Positions 36,557 to 49,551 of a DNA stretch of 64,000 nt are shown here, piece after piece. The number at the start of each line of letters is the position of its first letter. Positions within the stretch are counted from its first letter, which is position 1. The notes beneath the pieces are model-generated. The model was given only the letters and a program-made list of their open reading frames with translations, had not been told where the DNA came from and did not search any database. The position numbers and the translations under genes were made by a program. The stretch is from Botryllus schlosseri. Taxonomy: Eukaryota. The stretch is taken from NCBI GenBank assembly GCA_051294905.1, contig CM119371.1, forward strand, positions 10,542,001 through 10,606,000. Reading direction: 5' to 3'.

Positions 36557-38388
36557 CAGGGCCGTAACAGCACTTCGTCAGCCCCCCCCCAAAACTTTGG
36601 TCTTGGGCCCCCCATATGGTTATAGACCGAACTTCTGGGGGGCTTCGCCCCCCAGACCCCCCCCTCCGGCGATACACTGTTTACCACTATTCATCATCAT
36701 CATTGGGAGTTTGTTTAGTGATTAAGCTTTTGTGGCCTAAGCGCGCGAAGCGCGGAAAATTTCTAGAATTCATGATTTCATCGGTCAGTATGATCGGGAA
36801 TTGCGTATTTAGTATAAATTTTTATCTTCTCTCTGCTGACGTAATCAGATTTGTCGGTAGAGCTGAGTGAGGTGTGTTTGAAAAGGTAGGACCACTCAAT
36901 AATAATTAAACATCTTCGGGCGTATACCCGTTGGCAGGAACGAAACAGCACCTCGTCAGGCCCTCATCACGTTGTTCGCGTTTGTCACTAAATTATCTGT
37001 ACTGTAATGTGAGCCGAGCCAGCGCGAAGCGCGAAAATTTTCGATAATTTATGATAAAATCGGTCAATCAGATCGGCGATTGCATATATATTATGCTATC
37101 AATTTATTGTCCTCCCTACTCACGTAATTAGATTTAACGGTAGAGCTGAGTGAAGTGTCTTGAAAACGGGAGGGCCCGTAAATATTGATTAAACATCTTC
37201 GGGCGGGCGGACCCGTTGATATGACTTCGTTACATGATGTTATTTCGTTACTTCCATAAAATGTTTTCCAGCGGGATGGTATTTGTCTTGTGAGGTTCAG
37301 ATTGCAAAGACAGGAACATCCGGCGCCAGTCATTCAGGCGCCTATGGACAATAGGGCTCTTCAAAAATGACTTTTTTTCTCAAATCGTATTGGCTACTTG
37401 ATAAAATTGTTAGGTTACCTAATTTAAGCCTACACACAAAATTTGATTCAATTCCAGCCAGTAACCGCTTTGCTACAGGTGAAGAAAGTTTCTATTTATT
37501 ATATAAAAATAAATAATAAAAAATTTGAAATTTTTCTGTTCACCCCATGAAACTGTTAGGCTGTCTATAGAAACTATGCTCACCAAATTTGGTTCAATTC
37601 CAACCAGTGGAAGCGGAGTTATTGCCGTCGAAAAATTTGGATTCGAATAAAATAGTATTTACGGTGAGCGATTCTTTGTTTATTTATTATAGTTCTGCTC
37701 ACCGTAAATACTATTTTATTCAAATCCAAATTTTTCGACGGCAATAACTCCGCTTCCACTGGTTGGAATTGAACCAAATTTAGTGAGCATAGTTTCTATA
37801 GACAGCCTAACACTTGCATGGGGTGAACAGAAAAATTTCAAATTTTTTATTATTTATTTTTATATAATAAATAAAAACTTTCTTCTCCTGTAGCAAAGCG
37901 GTTACTGGCTGGAATTGAACCAAATTTTGTGTGTAGGCTTAAATTAGGTAACCTAACAATTTTATCAAGTAGCCAGTACGATTTGAGAAAAAATGTAATT
38001 TTTGAAGAGCCCTAATGGACAATTAAACCAATCTGTATTTTATATAGCCTATATAACGAAGTTTTCTGTCTGCATAAGGGCATAGACCTTTTCGGCCAAG
38101 CTTTTCTCGCTGCCGATCGTTCTGGCACACTTCTTGGAGTCGCATGTTATATGGCCTAAAACTTGATTGTATGTCTTGGTGGGTCGTGGCGCGTTAATGG
38201 CCCAATACCCAATAATATAGCAAAACGGCTACTTGAATTCGCGCGCAGCGCGAAAAATTTTGAAAAAATTACATAAATTTTCAAAAAATACTCTATGATT
38301 TATGCTAATTCACGAAATAATTTTGGGCCCCTTTCGAGCTCGGGCCCCCCCCAATTGGGGGGTTTGGGGTGCGGCAGTTACGGTGCTG
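36557..38388. mobile_element. Composite hAT element hosting a foldback insertion
   Basis: CAGGGCCGTAAC...GTTACGGTGCTG with perfect TSD CTCATGCA (36549-36556, 38389-38396). Related inverted segments at about 43315-43700 and 61715-62620. Confidence 0.85.
37352..38014. mobile_element. Long-TIR foldback hAT MITE
   Basis: Inverted arms of about 318 bp (37352-37669 and 37697-38014) with a 27-bp spacer, TAGGG termini and perfect TSD ATGGACAA. Related single arms at about 7475-7610 and 57440-57730. Confidence 0.93.
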
Positions 38389-40357
38389 CTCATGCAGTTA
38401 CCAAAAACGTTAGCAATATATAATTGGGTCCTATAAAACCAAGCTGCCCATCTTCGTAACGAAGAATGTCGTGTTTATATATGTGCGTAGGCAGGATGTC
38501 ATGACATGAAACCCTAGTGAAATTAAAACATATAGTTCAGTTCGATACCATGAATCCACCGTCCCGTATATAGTTGTGCTTCTGTTAATGTTATGGCGTT
38601 TATACGCTCGATAAATTGATGTTTTGCGCCATGCTTTATATGATATTTATAAAACACTATGGTGTAGGCTCTGGGCTACTGTATGCCAGCGACAGATTGT
38701 TGATCGTATTGTCGTGAGCGATGGCTTGAGCTTCATAATGCGCAGTGGTACCATGTAGTAAAGTAACACACGCGTACCCATTGAATCTTAACAACCAGTC
38801 TGAGTGAAGTCATGCATTCGGGTATGTATTCGCTACGTAATGCGCGAAGATTACAACTATTTGATAGATTACACGCATGCTAAATGTTCAGATGGTGCTA
38901 CAAAAATATTTGGACAAATTATTACTCATTGACCGCGCCAAAGCCGATTCACGGAATCATGCAGTAGCGCATTGCAGCTTGACTCAAACGATGACTGCGT
39001 TGTAGTAAGTCTTTAACGTAATCGCTTTTAAGGTGATCATTATGGCGATTTGTTTTTGACATATCGAAATAATTCAAAATTTTGCCAAAATTGTAGCTTT
39101 AGGTCGAAAAATTGTCCAAAATGTTGATTAAAAAAAAAATTTCAGCCTGCATTTCCGTTGTATCGTAGATGTTTGCACTGTTGCGGATCTTATCATTTTA
39201 CATTTTGCAGCATGTAGCCTACTTTACAGGCGTACCGTTGTAGACGGCCGATTGTCTGCCCATTGTGGATCCTAAACGATCAAATGAAACAAATAGGTTG
39301 ACATGGTGTTATGCTGAACGTACCGCAACATCCTAACTGAAGCAAGACTGCGTGGGCATTGGTTCTTATATCAAGAAGCGCATGATGAAAAATTGTGATG
39401 TAAGTACAGACAACATTGCCAGAATGAAGCAAGTTGTAGTTATAGGATAGGTGATTGTCCTGCGTGCTGGTGTGGTTGTGTGTCTTGTGAACTCAAACAA
39501 ACAAGGCTCGGAAAAATCTGAAGTGGGGAATGAAGACAAAAAGATTCGGAGCCACTCGTCTATGGGCTTGCAACATGCGGATGCGGGACTATTATACAGA
39601 GGTATTTCGGAGTCAACCCTGTCTGGCCAGGACATTGGAATCATGAAGTTTTGAGCAATATGGGGTTGGGCAAAGTGTTGTGCCTAGAAAATCGGAGGCG
39701 ATAAAACCTTGGCCCAAAATGACGGTCGCGTGTTGGCCGACACCTTCGATATTGATATGTCCGATCGTCGAAATGATCGGCAACGAATATTATTCCCGAA
39801 TTCCCCTCAATTTGAAATCGCGTGCATCACGCGTTTTTCTTTAAACTGCGTTGCGTGTAACTGGTCGTATGCGCCTTTTCTCTTTCATATATGACCGTAA
39901 AACGTAGCGTAATAATTTTAAAAATACATGAGTTCGACGTGCGAGGCATGAGTCCCGAGATGACAATGAAACTCGGATTTTGGTCGCGGTATAAAAGATC
40001 TGAGAGCAACTGTTATACGGACTCGCGATTAAGACATTCGCTGTCTTGAACGCGTCCCTTTCATGACTGTCACTGTTTTGAACTCGATCAATCACATATA
40101 TGTTAAAATCTTACGTAGCATTAGTTCAAAAGCATATGCTGTGCAATGCGCACCCTAGGTCACAGACAATCGGCTACATCACTCAATTCGTCACGCTTAA
40201 TCTATTCAAGTATCGTCAGCAAAATGACTTAATAGCATCATATTTACAATGACATCCGGTATAGCGATTCTCAATCTACTCTATAGTCTATGTCACTAGT
40301 CAAAAGTTATTCGAGTATATCGAATTTGCAGTATCGAGGTAACCTATTATTTTAACC

Positions 40358-40993
40358 CAGTGGTCACCAACACGCGGCCAGCGGGCTGCATGCGGCCCGC
40401 GATCTGATTTGAGAGAAAAAACGATTAGTGAAGCATTCTGAAATAGAAAAATATGGATTTCTGTTTAAAAATAATGTTGTGGTGCAAAATAAGATATTCT
40501 CCTGTGGCGAACATCACTCGTCACTAGCTGTAACAGCTTCGGCGATGGCAACAGCCTTCCACCGAGGGAAAACCAGCTGATATTAATGTCACAGACACTG
40601 CCAAGCGACCGAGACGCCTAAAACGGCTTGGGGCTTCCTCACAAATTCAATAATTGCGAGCTGATAGTCTTCCAGAGTTCCAAGTCTCGATAGCCCCAAT
40701 ATCGATTCTTCAGTCGCTGAAAGGCGTTGTCAGGTATCGTGCGAGGCACATAGTTCAAAATAAAAGTGTCGATCATGATACTTTTTGTTGTATTTGTATT
40801 TCTTTATTAGAATATTATTTCTTTTGTGGTAACTGTGCCCGTCGCTCATGTTTGAGAGCACAGCGTTGTACTGACGTAAAGTTTTTAAAAACGATGTGGC
40901 CTATTTTTGTCGCAACATTGCATTCTTGCACCCCGCGCCCTTTATACTAAATTTGAAAAGTGGCCGTGTGCCGTTTTGGGTCGGCAACCCCTG
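40358..40993 (+). mobile_element. Charlie-like hAT MITE
   Basis: CAGTGGTCACCAAC...GGCAACCCCTG; GCGGCCCGC motifs; TSD TTTTAACC/GTTTAACC. Related copy at about 44243-44890. Confidence 0.75.
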
Positions 40994-42377
40994 GTTTAAC
41001 CCATGCGAAAATATATTCATGTGATTGGAGTCCACATGGCCAAGGAGTGATAGTTATATATTCCGAAGTTACCAGTCAGTGAGCTAGTGAATGGTACGTG
41101 AAGGCAGTTGGGTTCATCGATTAAGACCATAGGTCTGATGAGAATCGACCAGGGACATCCATGGGATCCTCGCACAGAATTAATCGTACCTTGTGGCAAA
41201 GCCCATCGACCAGCTGAAAGCTGACTAAATACTGCAACGCAAGAAGCGAGAATATCAGCTACTGTTCTAGCTATAGCTACGTCATGTACGGGTTAAATGA
41301 ACGACAGCAACCGGTAGTGGTCGACATTTTACTAGACGTCGGTTTCTCAACGTCATAGATCCGGTCAAAAGAAACCAACTTCATAACGGTGAGGCATAAT
41401 GATCTATCAGTAACATACGTCTAGTTGAGTAACTTCGCCCTCATATTGCTAAGCAGTTTCACTGGTACGCAGTCACAGAAGTGCTATATTGACAGTAATT
41501 ATTTTTTCTTACAATGGATTTCAATGAAGAGATTTTCGCTTTTCGTAGCAGTCTATACCTAGATGTTTTACGATTATGGCTGTACGCAATCGCGCATTTA
41601 GACATATCAAGGAAGTGGACGTCCTCGCTCATGGTTAATCATATGCGATAGGTTCATCGAAAGGGAGTGACAGTTCAATAGATAAACTTCCAATAGAAAT
41701 GATCGCGATTCTCCGAAATTGTGATTTCAATAGTCACGGCATTCGTAAATCGGACGAAGGTTATTAATCCACCCTGACTGGATATGCGAGGTCAAAACGA
41801 GATATGGATAAATATATAGGATGGGTATATAAATACATACGATAAGGAGATATAGTCAGCATACGTACCAATCTTTGTAGGTGTAAAATGAGATTTGAGC
41901 AACGAAAAAATAATCAGATTTAAAGTAGCATATTTGATATATCAAGTACAGAATATTTGATCTTGCAGAAATGTAGACATCTACATTTGCAAACATGACT
42001 TACTGCTTTGAAAGATTGGCCGTAGAATAATATTGATATGTCAAAATTGGTTACACAGAGTCATACAATTGAATGAAATATAACCACTGAGTTGGGAGCG
42101 GATATAGTTTTACGTCTCGTGGTATTGCTCGAACTTTACTTTAGTCTAGTATTTTGCCAAATCTATTACGCCTGTGTTTTGATGAATACGCGAATTTTGT
42201 AAGTCCGCAACGCTATAAGTATCATATCGAAGTGTCAATAGTCATATTGAAAGCTATGACCGCATTAATATCGCATTTCTCTCCCTACCCTCCGAGTCAA
42301 ATCATTTTATTTGCATTTCATACGGAAGATCGTTATGCGACATAGTACACACCATGCCTGTACAATGTACAATGTGC

Positions 42378-44220
42378 TAGGGATGGTGTGAACGTGAGGT
42401 TCACGTTGGCGTTCTGTGGGTGAATCTCAGAAATTTAAAGGTTCACGTTCGCAAACGAACCTTCGTCGGTTCTGCACTCTGAACCTTTTTTATATATTAC
42501 AATTTTCACTTCATTATAACATCTTTGTTGAAATTTATTGCATTTTAATTGCAAGCCACTCTATCAATGGGCTGGCAGCATGAAAATCAACACTCAACTA
42601 GCATTTACTTTGACAATCGAAAAAATTTTACTTGAGTGTGTTACAAACGTTTGCTCGAAGTATCCAGCTTTCCGTTTGTGAATATTTAAAGACTCTCTGC
42701 TGTGAGCTTGACCCGCAATCACACAACATCAAGAGCGAAATACACTGCATGCAGGTAGTCATCAGATGACGCTCATTCAACCAATCAATGAAGTTGAAAT
42801 CGTTGTCTGATGTAAAAATTGTAACAGGCGTACGGGGTCAATCTTGATTTCATAACTATTGTATGATAAAAACCAAATCCGTGCGATTGGGGTGTTGGTA
42901 CTGCTGTAAAACTTGTGAATGTGGAATTATCGGTAGCAAGTATAGAGACCCGTTTTACACTCTGCTCAATATCATCGTAGCAATACGCAAACGCCATAAA
43001 CATTGTCCGGTCCGGCCTGGACCGTTAGGGCGTAAGTTTATATTCCCTTACAAGCGATGGAAGATATTGATTTTATAACATTTGATTGCCCCAGTTTGTA
43101 CATTTGGCGACGTCGCTAGGTATCGTTTAAATCAGTGGTTCCCAACGTGGGCGATATCCCCCCCCCCCTTCCCCAGTGGGCGATTTGGCGGTCTAGGGGG
43201 GCGAAAATAACGAAGGGGGCGAAAGGGAGGCGAAAACGGACGAAGGGGCGATAGTGGGCGAAAACAACGAAGGGGGCGATGCCTCGTTAAAACAGCTATA
43301 TTGGAGTCAAGAACGTAACTGCCGCACCCCAAACCCCCAATTGGGGGGGCCGAACTCGAAGGGGGCCCAAAATTATTTCGTGACTTAACATAAATTATAG
43401 AGTATTTTATTAGGAATTCATGAAACTTTTTTAAAAAATTTCGCGCTGCGCGCGATTTAATATTGTCACGTATCTTGATTTTGGGGTACCCTTCACCCAA
43501 CAAAAATACGCATGATTTATGGAAATGGAGACTTCGGCGTCGACGCACCAATACATATGAAGGTATAGACCATGTAACATGCAACTCCGAGAAGTGTGCC
43601 AGAACGATCAGCAGCGAGAAGACCTTGGACGAAAAGGAATGCCCTTGTGCTGACCGAATACTTCGATATACATATATGTTTAATTGTCCTTATGCGCGCG
43701 TTTAGCGCGTTTAGGCGAAGTACGATTTCTCATCAAACAGTACATGAATTAGGGTATAGCTGATATGTAACGACAAAGAGCCCACTAGTTGAGGGGGACT
43801 GGAGTTTGGTTATCACCCTATCGGGGTCCAAGACCAAGGTTTTTTTTATGGGGGGGGGGGGCTGACGAAGTGCTGCTACGGTCCTGATGGGAGTCAAGTC
43901 GGAGAAATGACCTTTTTTTAGTCAACTCACGAACTTTTAGCTGTAGAAGTGTAATTTCGAGGTCGAGTCGAAAAGTTGACATTTTTTTATTAGTCAACTC
44001 GCCGTTAATCCCAGATTGTATGCCCATTTTTTAATTCCAATATTTGGGGGGGGGGGTGATCGGCGTGGAGCTTCAAAAGGGGGCGATGAGACGAAAAAGG
44101 TTGGGAACCAATGGTTTAAATTAATATAGGCTATTAATTCACTGAAATGTAGGATTGGAACTTGCAATATGACGTCACTGGACGTCATGAGGTGTACGTT
44201 CGCGTTCACACCTTCACACC
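42378..44220 (+). mobile_element. TAGGGATGGT-family hAT element with nested insertion
   Basis: Start TAGGGATGGTGTGAAC aligns with 11901 onward; right part GTTCGCGTTCACACC near 44200 is eroded. Confidence 0.7.
43133..44113. mobile_element. Charlie-like hAT element nested in 42378-44220
   Basis: CAGTGGTTCCCAAC...GTTGGGAACCAATG; perfect TSD GTTTAAAT; GGGGCG motifs. Confidence 0.88.
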
Positions 44221-44988
44221 AAAAAGAAACATTATATCTAGATCTGGGCTAACCAACACGCGGCCCGCGACGTAATATTCTTCGGCCCGCGACATGACTT
44301 GACGTTGATAAAGAACGCTTAGTAAAGCATTTCAAAATGCTGAAATAAGCTGTAATTTAAAAAAATTGTTGTTCTATAAAAGAAGCTATTCTTCTGCGCC
44401 AAACAACACGATTCCTCATTTTCTGATACGGCTTCGGCGGTGGTAATAGCTTTCTATGAAAGTTGACGGGGCACATTAACTTGACGTGCAATATCCCAGA
44501 CACTGCCAAGACTACGCGTAGAAAACAACCTGAGGCTTCTGCACGAGGTCAAGCCTTACAAAGAGATAGTTTTCCAGCAAGTATACCGTGCCTAGCTAAC
44601 CCCGATCTAGATTCTTTAGTCGCTGAAAAGTTCTTTCAGGTATTTTGCGCAGCTCATAGAATAACATAGAATGACAGAATTGATCATGATATTTTCGTTG
44701 GATTAGTTAATAAAATAATATTTTTTGTGGTAATTATGCCCTTCGCCCATGTTAGAGAACACAGCGTTGAGTCGAAGTAAAGTTGTAAAATAGTAGTTGT
44801 TAGACTATGTATGGCCTATTTTATCCCGATATTGAATTCATGCGGCCCGCGACCTATACTACAAGATTTTAAAAGTGACCCCTGTTCTAGACGTTGGCCT
44901 CATGCACAATGCACATCATAATATTCCTGCTTATAAAATTATTGGTTTGATTACTGAAATAGTCATAACACGTCACCAATGTTGAAGC

Positions 44989-46045
44989 CAGACTTGGACA
45001 ACTAGATAATTCTAGTTGTCTAATTTCACTAAATTAGAGCGAAATGCCAGTAATCTAATTCTAATCGAATTTGTGAATTGTTCTTATGCTCCAATTGTAA
45101 TTCTAATCTAATTTGTGAATTGTTCTTATGCTCTAATTCTAATTCTAATCTAATTTGTGGATTGTTCTTATGCTCTAATTCTAATTCTAATCTAATTTGT
45201 TAAATGTTCTTATGCTCTAGTTCTAATTCTAATCTAACTTGTGAATTGTTCTTATGCTCTAGTTCTAATTCTAATCTAATTTGTGAATTGTTCTTATGCT
45301 CTAATTCTAATTCTAATCTAATTTGTGGATTGTTCTTATGCTCTAGTTCTAATTCTAATCTAATTCGTGAATTGTTCTTATGCTCTAGTTCTAATTCTAA
45401 TCTAATTTGTGAAATGTTCTTATGCTCTAATTCTAATTCTAATCTAATTATTCGTTATCCTTCAAGTGCCTGTTTGACCTAGGTATTTTGCAGCGAGTTA
45501 ACAAGAATATTTCTCATGCACAGTAAAATAAAGTGCCAAGCCGCCATCGCATTACTTACACCGCTCAGAATTAGCAGTTATTGTGGGACGCATAATAACC
45601 ATGCTATCATATAGTAGCTTGTTTGTTGGCTTTATTGAACAATTGTGACGCTTATCGCCTAATCATGTTGTTTGCGCCATGATAATGAATGATGTAATAT
45701 GCATTGATCATTATTCGCGTTCTTCCAAATTCACAGATCAGATCGCTGGCAGCAAAATATGACCTCGCGGGTCGCGTGTTGATGACCCCTGGTATTGTGC
45801 AAAACGAGCAAAGCTTGGTATACAGACGTTAATCATTCTCATGGTTACGAGACTCCATTGTGATTTGATAGTAACTGAAATTTTTGCTGTATTTATTTCT
45901 AATTCACAATTTCATTCAATTTCCAAGTTTTTCCGAATTCAGTAATTCTGATTCTAATCGTAATCTAATTTGAAAAAAGCTGTAGCTGTAGCTCTAATTC
46001 TAATCTAATTCGAAAAAGCTCAATTTTTTTAGTTGTCCAAGTCTG
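44989..46045. mobile_element. hAT-type MITE containing a minisatellite
   Basis: Perfect 16-bp TIR CAGACTTGGACAACTA; perfect TSD GTTGAAGC (44981-44988, 46046-46053). Confidence 0.9.
45051..45448. repeat. 42-bp tandem array, about 9.5 units
   Basis: TGTTCTTATG recurs at 45079, 45121, 45163, 45205, 45247, 45289, 45331, 45373 and 45415; unit TGTTCTTATGCTCTARTTCTAATTCTAATCTAATTTGTGAAT. Confidence 0.95.
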
Positions 46046-46207
46046 GTTGAAGCAATCTGATTTCAGGCAATTCAATTACTAAAGCATGGTGAATGATACA
46101 ATTCACGGTACCGTTCATTCTTTATTCCAATGTGCAAGTATCGACTTGGTTGATGTTGATTTTTGGCTATATTGCTAAATCACGAATCATATATATAGGC
46201 CTATATG

Positions 46208-47582
46208 CAGGCCGTGTTATTTTTGGCATTTCAGGAGCCAGATGCCAAAACTGCCAAAAATAAAAATTTGAAAATGCCAAAAATAAACAATTTTTGGCAT
46301 ATGCCAAAAATAAAACGGCCTGCCAAATAGTGTATTTCGTTCATGGTGTTGTGTTAACAGGACCGCGTTACAAGCGAGAAGAGCGTTTGTGAAAGGCAGG
46401 TTTCTTAATCTGGGTCCAGCCCACCCATTAGGGGTGAAAGCATGGTGTCATAAATGGTGTGGGCATAGCGAGATTGAACGGCTGACTGCATTTGGTTTAC
46501 CTCATACTTTCCATTTGTCCAAAGGCTATTTTACGACCATTTTTGACCGGCTTGTCTAGCGCTAAATTTGATAAAACGGGTATCAATGAGAAGCTGCCGC
46601 ATTAATGATTATTAAAATATAAATTATATTCTGCTCATGGAACTGAAACCCCCAAAATCAACCACGATTTTTGCATTGTGATCGAGTTGAACATTGTGAC
46701 GCAACAAACTGTCTGGCTATTTCTGAGCTGAATAGTCTCGTTTTGCCAGACAGTCTTGTTGCGTCAATGTTCTTAAACCAGCTAACCTTCCCAGGACTCT
46801 TCCATGCGAGTTTGTAATATTAAAGCCACCTGAAGTGAATATATCAGTAGACTGAAGGAGAAATGATATTCGGGCTACTAAATAGAATGTGTTGAGAGAC
46901 AACACAGGAAACTCCTGGAAAAGGATCGGGAAGACAATTAATTCCGCGACGAGATCGATGGCACTGGCGAAGTGATCTCATTTCATGATGCATGGAAGCC
47001 GGTTCGGCCCTCCAAAGATTTTGAAGCTCTGAAAACCTTTTGTGGGTGACTGGCAACATTCTTTCCCTAAACGGCTACTGCTGAAACCGACATTTCCCAG
47101 ATTCTCTGGGCGAGAAATGAATTTAGGAGAAACTTAGCTGACCTGAGTTTGGAAGCACTGTTACAGTGCAAACGATTTAAGTCTATTCAACAGTTGTAAC
47201 AATCAGCTGTTGAGCGCGTTTGTTAGGCTTTTCTTTCTTTTTTTTTTCGCTTATTGGCACCGATTCCGATGAATCTGCACTTTTTATGGTCTGAATCTGC
47301 ACTTACTGCACATTTTGTGGTTTTGTTTGATATTATTAACCTATGAAATCGTTAGGTTTTTTCTTCTTCCTATTGTATGTTGGCACTGATTATAAGTGGA
47401 TGCTGCACATTTTGTGGTGTCTTTTGACAAACTAGCCCAAATAAAGCGTTTTTGTGACTAATTCGAGGCTGAAACTATCTATTTAGAGGACGATGCCAAA
47501 ACTGCCAAAACTAAAAATCGAAAAATGCCGAAAATAAGTTATTTTTGGCGGTTTTGGCATATGCCAAAAATAACACGGCCTG
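46208..47582 (+). mobile_element. hAT-type element with a transposase C-terminal remnant and an internal duplicate right end
   Basis: Perfect 22-bp TIR CAGGCCGTGTTATTTTTGGCAT; perfect TSD CCTATATG; 46241-46322 duplicates 47492-47582. Confidence 0.9.
46784..47199 (+). pseudogene. hAT-like transposase C-terminal fragment
   Basis: LPRTLPCEFV...IECVERQHRKLLEK...ISFHDAWKPVRPSKDFEALKTFCG*LATFFP*TATAETDISQILWARNEFRRNLADLSLEALLQCKRF; resembles the hAT dimerisation region (T..xE..FS...R..L....LE.LL). Confidence 0.7.
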
Positions 47583-47609
47583 CCTATATGCGATTTGTTA
47601 TCGCTAAGA

Positions 47610-48999
47610 TAGGGTTGCCATACGTCCGGAATTTCCCGGACATGTCCGGAATTTCACTGAAAAATCTGCGTCCGGGAGGAATTTCTAAAATATGCCTAAA
47701 TGTCCGGAATTTTGAAGGCTTGAAGCAGGCTCAAAAGTTTTTCGTAAATCAACATAAACAATATTATTTTCAAGCACATATATGCTATTCAAAATTGTTC
47801 TTCGCGCCCCGCGCGAGTTCTTGCGACGTATTATGATATTAGTATATGCACCAGGCACCACCCTAGCCAAAAATGTAATCAAAATAAATATAAATAACCA
47901 TCACTTACTGAAATAAGTCTGATTGTAATCGCAATTTTAAGCTAACGGTCTATTCCTAGAGTTGGTTAAGACCGATTGGATGCTTCAATCACAGACAGTG
48001 GTTCCAAATCTTGAGGTCGTTCGCCTTTATCTGGTGATTGCGATGATGTTGGACGTAATTAGTTTCCTAGGCCGTGAGTAAGTTTGGGCAAGCTGAATTT
48101 TTTTATTAATCATGCAGCTGATCAAGATTTGAGCTTTGCGACGGAACATTTTGTAGTCGACAAACGCCATGAATACCCCACACAAACAAAACAAACAATA
48201 CATAGTAACGAAGTGACCACTGATCATTCTTGAGAATAGCATAAAAGCCTATTATTCAAGTAGTAATTGGGAAGACTTTTATTTATTCAAAGCGAATTCT
48301 GAAGCTAAATATATTGAAATACTTGGTGGTGTCTTACAAATCTGCGCTTTCGATTTGATTTAAACGAGTGTTGAAAATCTGTCTCCACAAACAGAGGTGG
48401 TGGCAAATGTAATAATAACGCGTAACGCTTGCGACGACAGATTTGGGTACGATCGCAACAAATAGGGCATCAAAATTGAAAAACTAATTTATTTCATTGA
48501 ACATATAACGCCAGGCCTGGACATTTCCATCAAGCAGCTCATATTGAAACTATTATGGAAAACAGTTATGGTTATCACAGTAGAAAATGGATTTTTATAA
48601 ACATTACGAAGTCACCGTGATTGTTGAATCCAACTTTTTAATTTTACACAATCCCTAACAAATCACCTCTATACAGCAAAATATTTGTATCAGTAGGATA
48701 TTGACAATTTAGCAACTAAATTGAGTCAGCACAGTAGGATATGTCATCTCAGACGGCCATTCTGTTCATGTGAGTTCTACTAGTAATGAAGCGAAACAGC
48801 CTCGTGATTTTCCTAATTAAAAATAAAAATGAGGTTATCAACTATTTTGTAAATTTAGAGGCTTCGCGGACCCCCGGTTGAGAACCCTTTGTGTATGTGA
48901 CGTCATATTGACGGACAATGTGTCAACCCTCATTTTAAAAGCCGCTAGTGGGCGCTAAAGAGTGTCCGGAATTTGATTCACAAAAATATGGTAACCCTA
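47610..48999 (+). mobile_element. Non-autonomous hAT element, sister of 26317-27439
   Basis: Same TIRs; perfect TSD CGCTAAGA; the first roughly 520 bp and last roughly 110 bp are highly similar to the 26317 copy. Confidence 0.92.
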
Positions 49000-49225
49000 C
49001 GCTAAGAAAAGTAGGATATCTTAGAAACGAAGACTAATATATACAATGAATAACAATACACGATAAGAATGTGCTGTTAACAATGACAGGAAGTATTGTG
49101 CCTAATGCAGGATAATATTTCTCCGCAATAATATATCTTGTATGTTCCACTCAATAATTATATTCCCAAGGTGGCGCTCGCGGATCAATTGCGCATCGTG
49201 GTTAATTTTTATCAGACATATTAAG

Positions 49226-49551
49226 TATGGTTACCATACGTCCTCTTTTAAGAGGATTTGTCCTCTATTTGACTTTTTTGAAAGCGTCCTCGGAGGACTC
49301 CCCTTGTTTTCTCTTTTGAGAATTTTGGTCGAATTCGCGGCCAAATTCGACTGATATGCCGTAAATCAGCAGCGAAGTACGCTTCGGCGGGTATTTCGGG
49401 AGCTGAGCCAGTAAGTTGACCTTTTTTCTTAGTCAACCGACCACGAACTGTCAAAGATTTACCATTCTTTCGGGATTTTCCTCCGGTTTTGCAAGTCTGT
49501 AAATTCTGAAAAAGTGTACTCTTTTCAGATTTCCAAAATATCGTAACCCTT
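49226..49551 (-). mobile_element. hAT MITE (23934 family), inverted
   Basis: TATGGTTACCATACGTCCTCTTT...GTAACCCTT; perfect TSD ATATTAAG. Confidence 0.85.

Noticed and set aside
45051..45482. Regular array as CRISPR, or the Cys/Ser/Asn-rich ORF 45204-45482
   Set aside because: Units are contiguous with no unique spacers, there are no cas genes, and the array lies within a TIR/TSD-bounded MITE; the ORF is a repeat artefact.
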